A stretch of DNA of 64,000 nt. It comes from Candidatus Binatia bacterium. GTDB lineage: Bacteria; Desulfobacterota; Binatia; Bin18. The stretch covers positions 672,001 through 736,000 of the forward strand of contig CAXXHG010000043.1 of the NCBI GenBank assembly GCA_963666315.2, read 5' to 3'. Positions 61,632-64,000 of this stretch are shown here, piece after piece (within the stretch, counting starts at the first letter, position 1; each line of letters opens with the position of its first letter). The notes below the pieces were generated by a model. That model saw only the letters and a program-made list of their open reading frames with translations. It was not told the DNA's origin and ran no database searches. A program made the translations under genes and the position numbers.

Positions 61632-62680
61632 GCACGATGCAACAGGCTGCTGACGATCAAGACATGGCGGAACGCATCCGCCAGTATATTGGGACACAGT
61701 TACCAAATGCGCCGGACATTCGTCTCGAAGCGATGGAGCGGATTGCTGTAGGCTGGTCGCATGAAACCTGGCTCTTTGACGCGCACTGGACCGAGAACGG
61801 CATACCGAAAACTCGCGGGCTGTGCCTGCGGCGTGATCCAGGCAACGCCTTGTTGCGGCACTTCTCGAATCTTGGCGAGCAGTTCCGTGTTCTCCAATGT
61901 TTAGAGTCCATGCCACTCCCCACACCCAAGCCGTATTGGTACGAGACCGACCCGAGCATTCTGAGCGCGCCATTCCTTGTCATGGAGAAAGTCGCCGGAA
62001 CGTGTCCAAGTCCCTGGGGTTCGGCTGGCAGACGTTTCTATGCTGAGGCTGCAGAACGAGGCACACTCCCCGAGAGCTTTACCTCTGCTTTGGCCACGTT
62101 GCACACCATCGATTGGCAGGCGGCCGGTCTGTCGTTTTTGGGTGTGCCTGAGCCCGGAAAAGACTTCGCGCGGCGCGAAGTACAAAAATGGTGCGATCTA
62201 GTAGAAATCTCTCAGCAGGAGCCCCATCCGATCCTCGTAGACCTCATCGGCTGGCTGAAGGCCAACGCCCCTGCAACCGAGCGTCTGACGCTGGTCCACG
62301 GAGCCTATCGCACGGGGAATCTGTTGATCGACAATGACCAAATCTCTGCGGTTCTCGACTGGGAGCTACAAGTCATTGGCGACCCGATGTACGACATTGC
62401 CTATGTGCTGACGGATCTTAACCGTGAGGGAAGTGAGTTACTGTCTCACCTTGTTGAGCGGGATACTTTTTTCCGGGACTATGAGAAAGCCACTGGGATC
62501 GAAATCGACGAGGAGGCCTGCCGGTATTACGGCATGCTGTACCAACTACGCTCAGCAGCCTTTTGGATGAGCGCGGCTGGTTTATATGCCTCAGGCCAGA
62601 GCGAGGACATTCGACTCGCCCGTACAGCCTGGTCCGTGCCCGTTGTCTTGGAAGGCGCAGCGCGCGCGCTCGGCTATTAA
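61628..62680 (+). CDS. APH/ACAD10-type phosphotransferase family protein
   Basis: GWSHETW, PFLVMEKVAG, LHTIDW, HGAYRTGN, VLDWE, GDPMYD. Confidence 0.9.
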   Translation: MSTMQQAADDQDMAERIRQYIGTQLPNAPDIRLEAMERIAVGWSHETWLFDAHWTENGIPKTRGLCLRRDPGNALLRHFSNLGEQFRVLQCLESMPLPTPKPYWYETDPSILSAPFLVMEKVAGTCPSPWGSAGRRFYAEAAERGTLPESFTSALATLHTIDWQAAGLSFLGVPEPGKDFARREVQKWCDLVEISQQEPHPILVDLIGWLKANAPATERLTLVHGAYRTGNLLIDNDQISAVLDWELQVIGDPMYDIAYVLTDLNREGSELLSHLVERDTFFRDYEKATGIEIDEEACRYYGMLYQLRSAAFWMSAAGLYASGQSEDIRLARTAWSVPVVLEGAARALGY

Positions 62681-62739
62681 ACCTCCATAGGCCCTCGGCG
62701 CTTACGGGCAAGGCGCAGGGCGGAGTGCCTCAGCTCAAA

Positions 62740-62898
62740 GGCTGGGGAGCAAAAATTATTGATCGTTTGGCAACAGACTTACGCGCTGCATTTCCAAAAA
62801 TGACGGGATTCTCACCTCGAAACCTCAAGTACATGAGAGCATTCGCTCAGGCATGGCCAGACGAGCAGTTTGTGCAACAGGCTGTTGCGCTGTTTTGA
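62740..62898 (+). pseudogene. DUF1016 (YhcG) N-terminal fragment
   Basis: GWGAKIIDRLATDLRAAFPKMTGFSPRNLKYMRAFAQAWPD..FVQQAVA. Confidence 0.85.
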
Positions 62899-62953
62899 GT
62901 CGTTGGCACCGAATCCCTGACTTTTCTGAAATTGGAGAATCGGCAAAGCTGTT

Positions 62954-63166
62954 TTATAGATCGTCGGGAGTGAGCCCGGTATAACGTGCGATACGCGCTA
63001 GCATTTTGGGGCCAATTTCTTGACGATCATGGAACGCAAACACAAAGTTAGGCCAGCCCTCCCGCTCGAGTACGCGGTGAGAACCGGACTGGCGTTTGAT
63101 TGTCCAGCCGATACGGTTGAGAGCGGCAAGAACACGGCGAGCCCGTGACGATCGCCACGGGCTCAT
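62954..63166 (-). CDS. hicA: HicA-family toxin
   Basis: GWTIKRQSGSHRVL..FHD..IGPKMLARI..TGL. Confidence 0.88.
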   Translation of the reverse strand: MSPWRSSRARRVLAALNRIGWTIKRQSGSHRVLEREGWPNFVFAFHDRQEIGPKMLARIARYTGLTPDDL

Positions 63167-63363
63167 GCGGTAACAAAAAGTTCTCCAAGCTCGGGCACGG
63201 TTTCGCCATGTTCAAGCCTGTCTGCAAGGGTGCGGAGCGCAAGCGCCTCAACCTTGGCCCGGACTTCCTCCGGTGTGGCCCCGTAGGCCATGACCCCTGC
63301 TAAGTCGGGGATTTCGGCAATCCAACGGCCATCTTCCTCTTGCTCAAGCTCAATACGTAGCAT
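63163..63363 (-). CDS. hicB: HicB-family antitoxin (short)
   Basis: EQEEDGRWIAEIPDLAGVMAYGATPEE. Confidence 0.88.
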   Translation of the reverse strand: MLRIELEQEEDGRWIAEIPDLAGVMAYGATPEEVRAKVEALALRTLADRLEHGETVPELGELFVTA

Positions 63364-63511
63364 GTCGCGACCTCCGTGTTGTATGCCTTTTTCTCTACTC
63401 CTATCCTCACCTTAACTATCTGAAACTATAGGCAATTTTTACCTCTCGCCTCCAAGGCAATTCAGAAGAAAGCGAAAAACGGGTTAAAAAGACAACTCGC
63501 CAATGGCATCC

Positions 63512-64000
63512 TCACCCCTTCGGCAATCCCAATACCCGCTCGCCCATGATGTTGCGCTGAATCTCACTCGTGCCCCCAGAAATCGTATACTGCCGCGCGC
63601 TCAACACGCGATTGACCCAGCGCGGCGCGTCGGGCACAGCCTCTGACGGAAGGTCTACCACGGCATTATGGCCGAGCAACTCGCTGGCAAACGCAGCAAT
63701 CCGTACGCCCAGCTCAGAGCTACACAGTTTGAGCATTGATCCTTCGGGACCCGGAGGTTGTCCTTTTAGCTGTTTGGTCAGCCCCCGCAAACGAGTGTAT
63801 TTGAGACTTTCATTTTCAATCGCCAGTTGGGCGATGCGTTGACGCACCCAGGACTGTCTCCAGGCCGGCTCACCATTGACCTCGACCTGACGTGCGAGCT
63901 GTGCCAAGCGCTTGATTTGATCACCCTGGCTGCCGCCGCCGGCGATCCCACGCTCAAACATGAGCGTGGTGATGGTCACCTTCCAGCCTTCATTCAACGG
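63512..64000 (-). CDS. acyl-CoA dehydrogenase, C-terminal part (runs off the right edge)
   Basis: GWKVTITTLMFER, EGSMLKL, TISGGTSEIQRNIMGERVLGLP. Confidence 0.93.
   Translation of the reverse strand, partial: PLNEGWKVTITTLMFERGIAGGGSQGDQIKRLAQLARQVEVNGEPAWRQSWVRQRIAQLAIENESLKYTRLRGLTKQLKGQPPGPEGSMLKLCSSELGVRIAAFASELLGHNAVVDLPSEAVPDAPRWVNRVLSARQYTISGGTSEIQRNIMGERVLGLPKG

Noticed and set aside
31045-63363. TA pairs and the DUF1016 fragment as a defence island
   Set aside because: They are scattered, common modules with no clustering of defence genes.

Overview
Bacterial chromosomal window from a diderm organism. The gene mix (many LLM oxidoreductases, amidohydrolases, P450/BVMO, a selenoprotein, a sigma54/NtrC-type nitrogen locus) is reminiscent of Binatia/Tectomicrobia-like lineages, which is an unverified inference. 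1-18 kb is mostly housekeeping: porin-PII-amt (amt broken) behind a complete sigma54 promoter, glnE, an S1 protein, rpe, Smr, rlpA, cutA, a CorC-type transporter, an unusual aminotransferase::Mur-ligase fusion and a FIST protein. 18-27 kb and 39.8-42 kb are junk-rich: a full-length IS10-like IS4 element, IS6/IS30/IS630 remnants, gene fragments and a DUF2868 + DUF3482-GTPase pair. 27-64 kb is a dense catabolic/redox region with hydantoinase/acetone-carboxylase-like subunits, CoA transferase, P450, BVMO, LLMs, amidohydrolases, an lvaAB-like module and TA pairs. The ORF track misses several signals: a UGA-recoded (Sec) exported peroxiredoxin-like protein with a bSECIS hairpin, a second UGA-at-Cys candidate (DUF1326 remnant), TIR-bounded mini-elements carrying different REP palindromes, pervasive C>T/G>A-type nonsense mutations and deletion scars, and a Pro-rich uORF before the CorC transporter. 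No rRNA, tRNA or CRISPR array was seen. All family calls come from motif recognition by eye; no searches were run.
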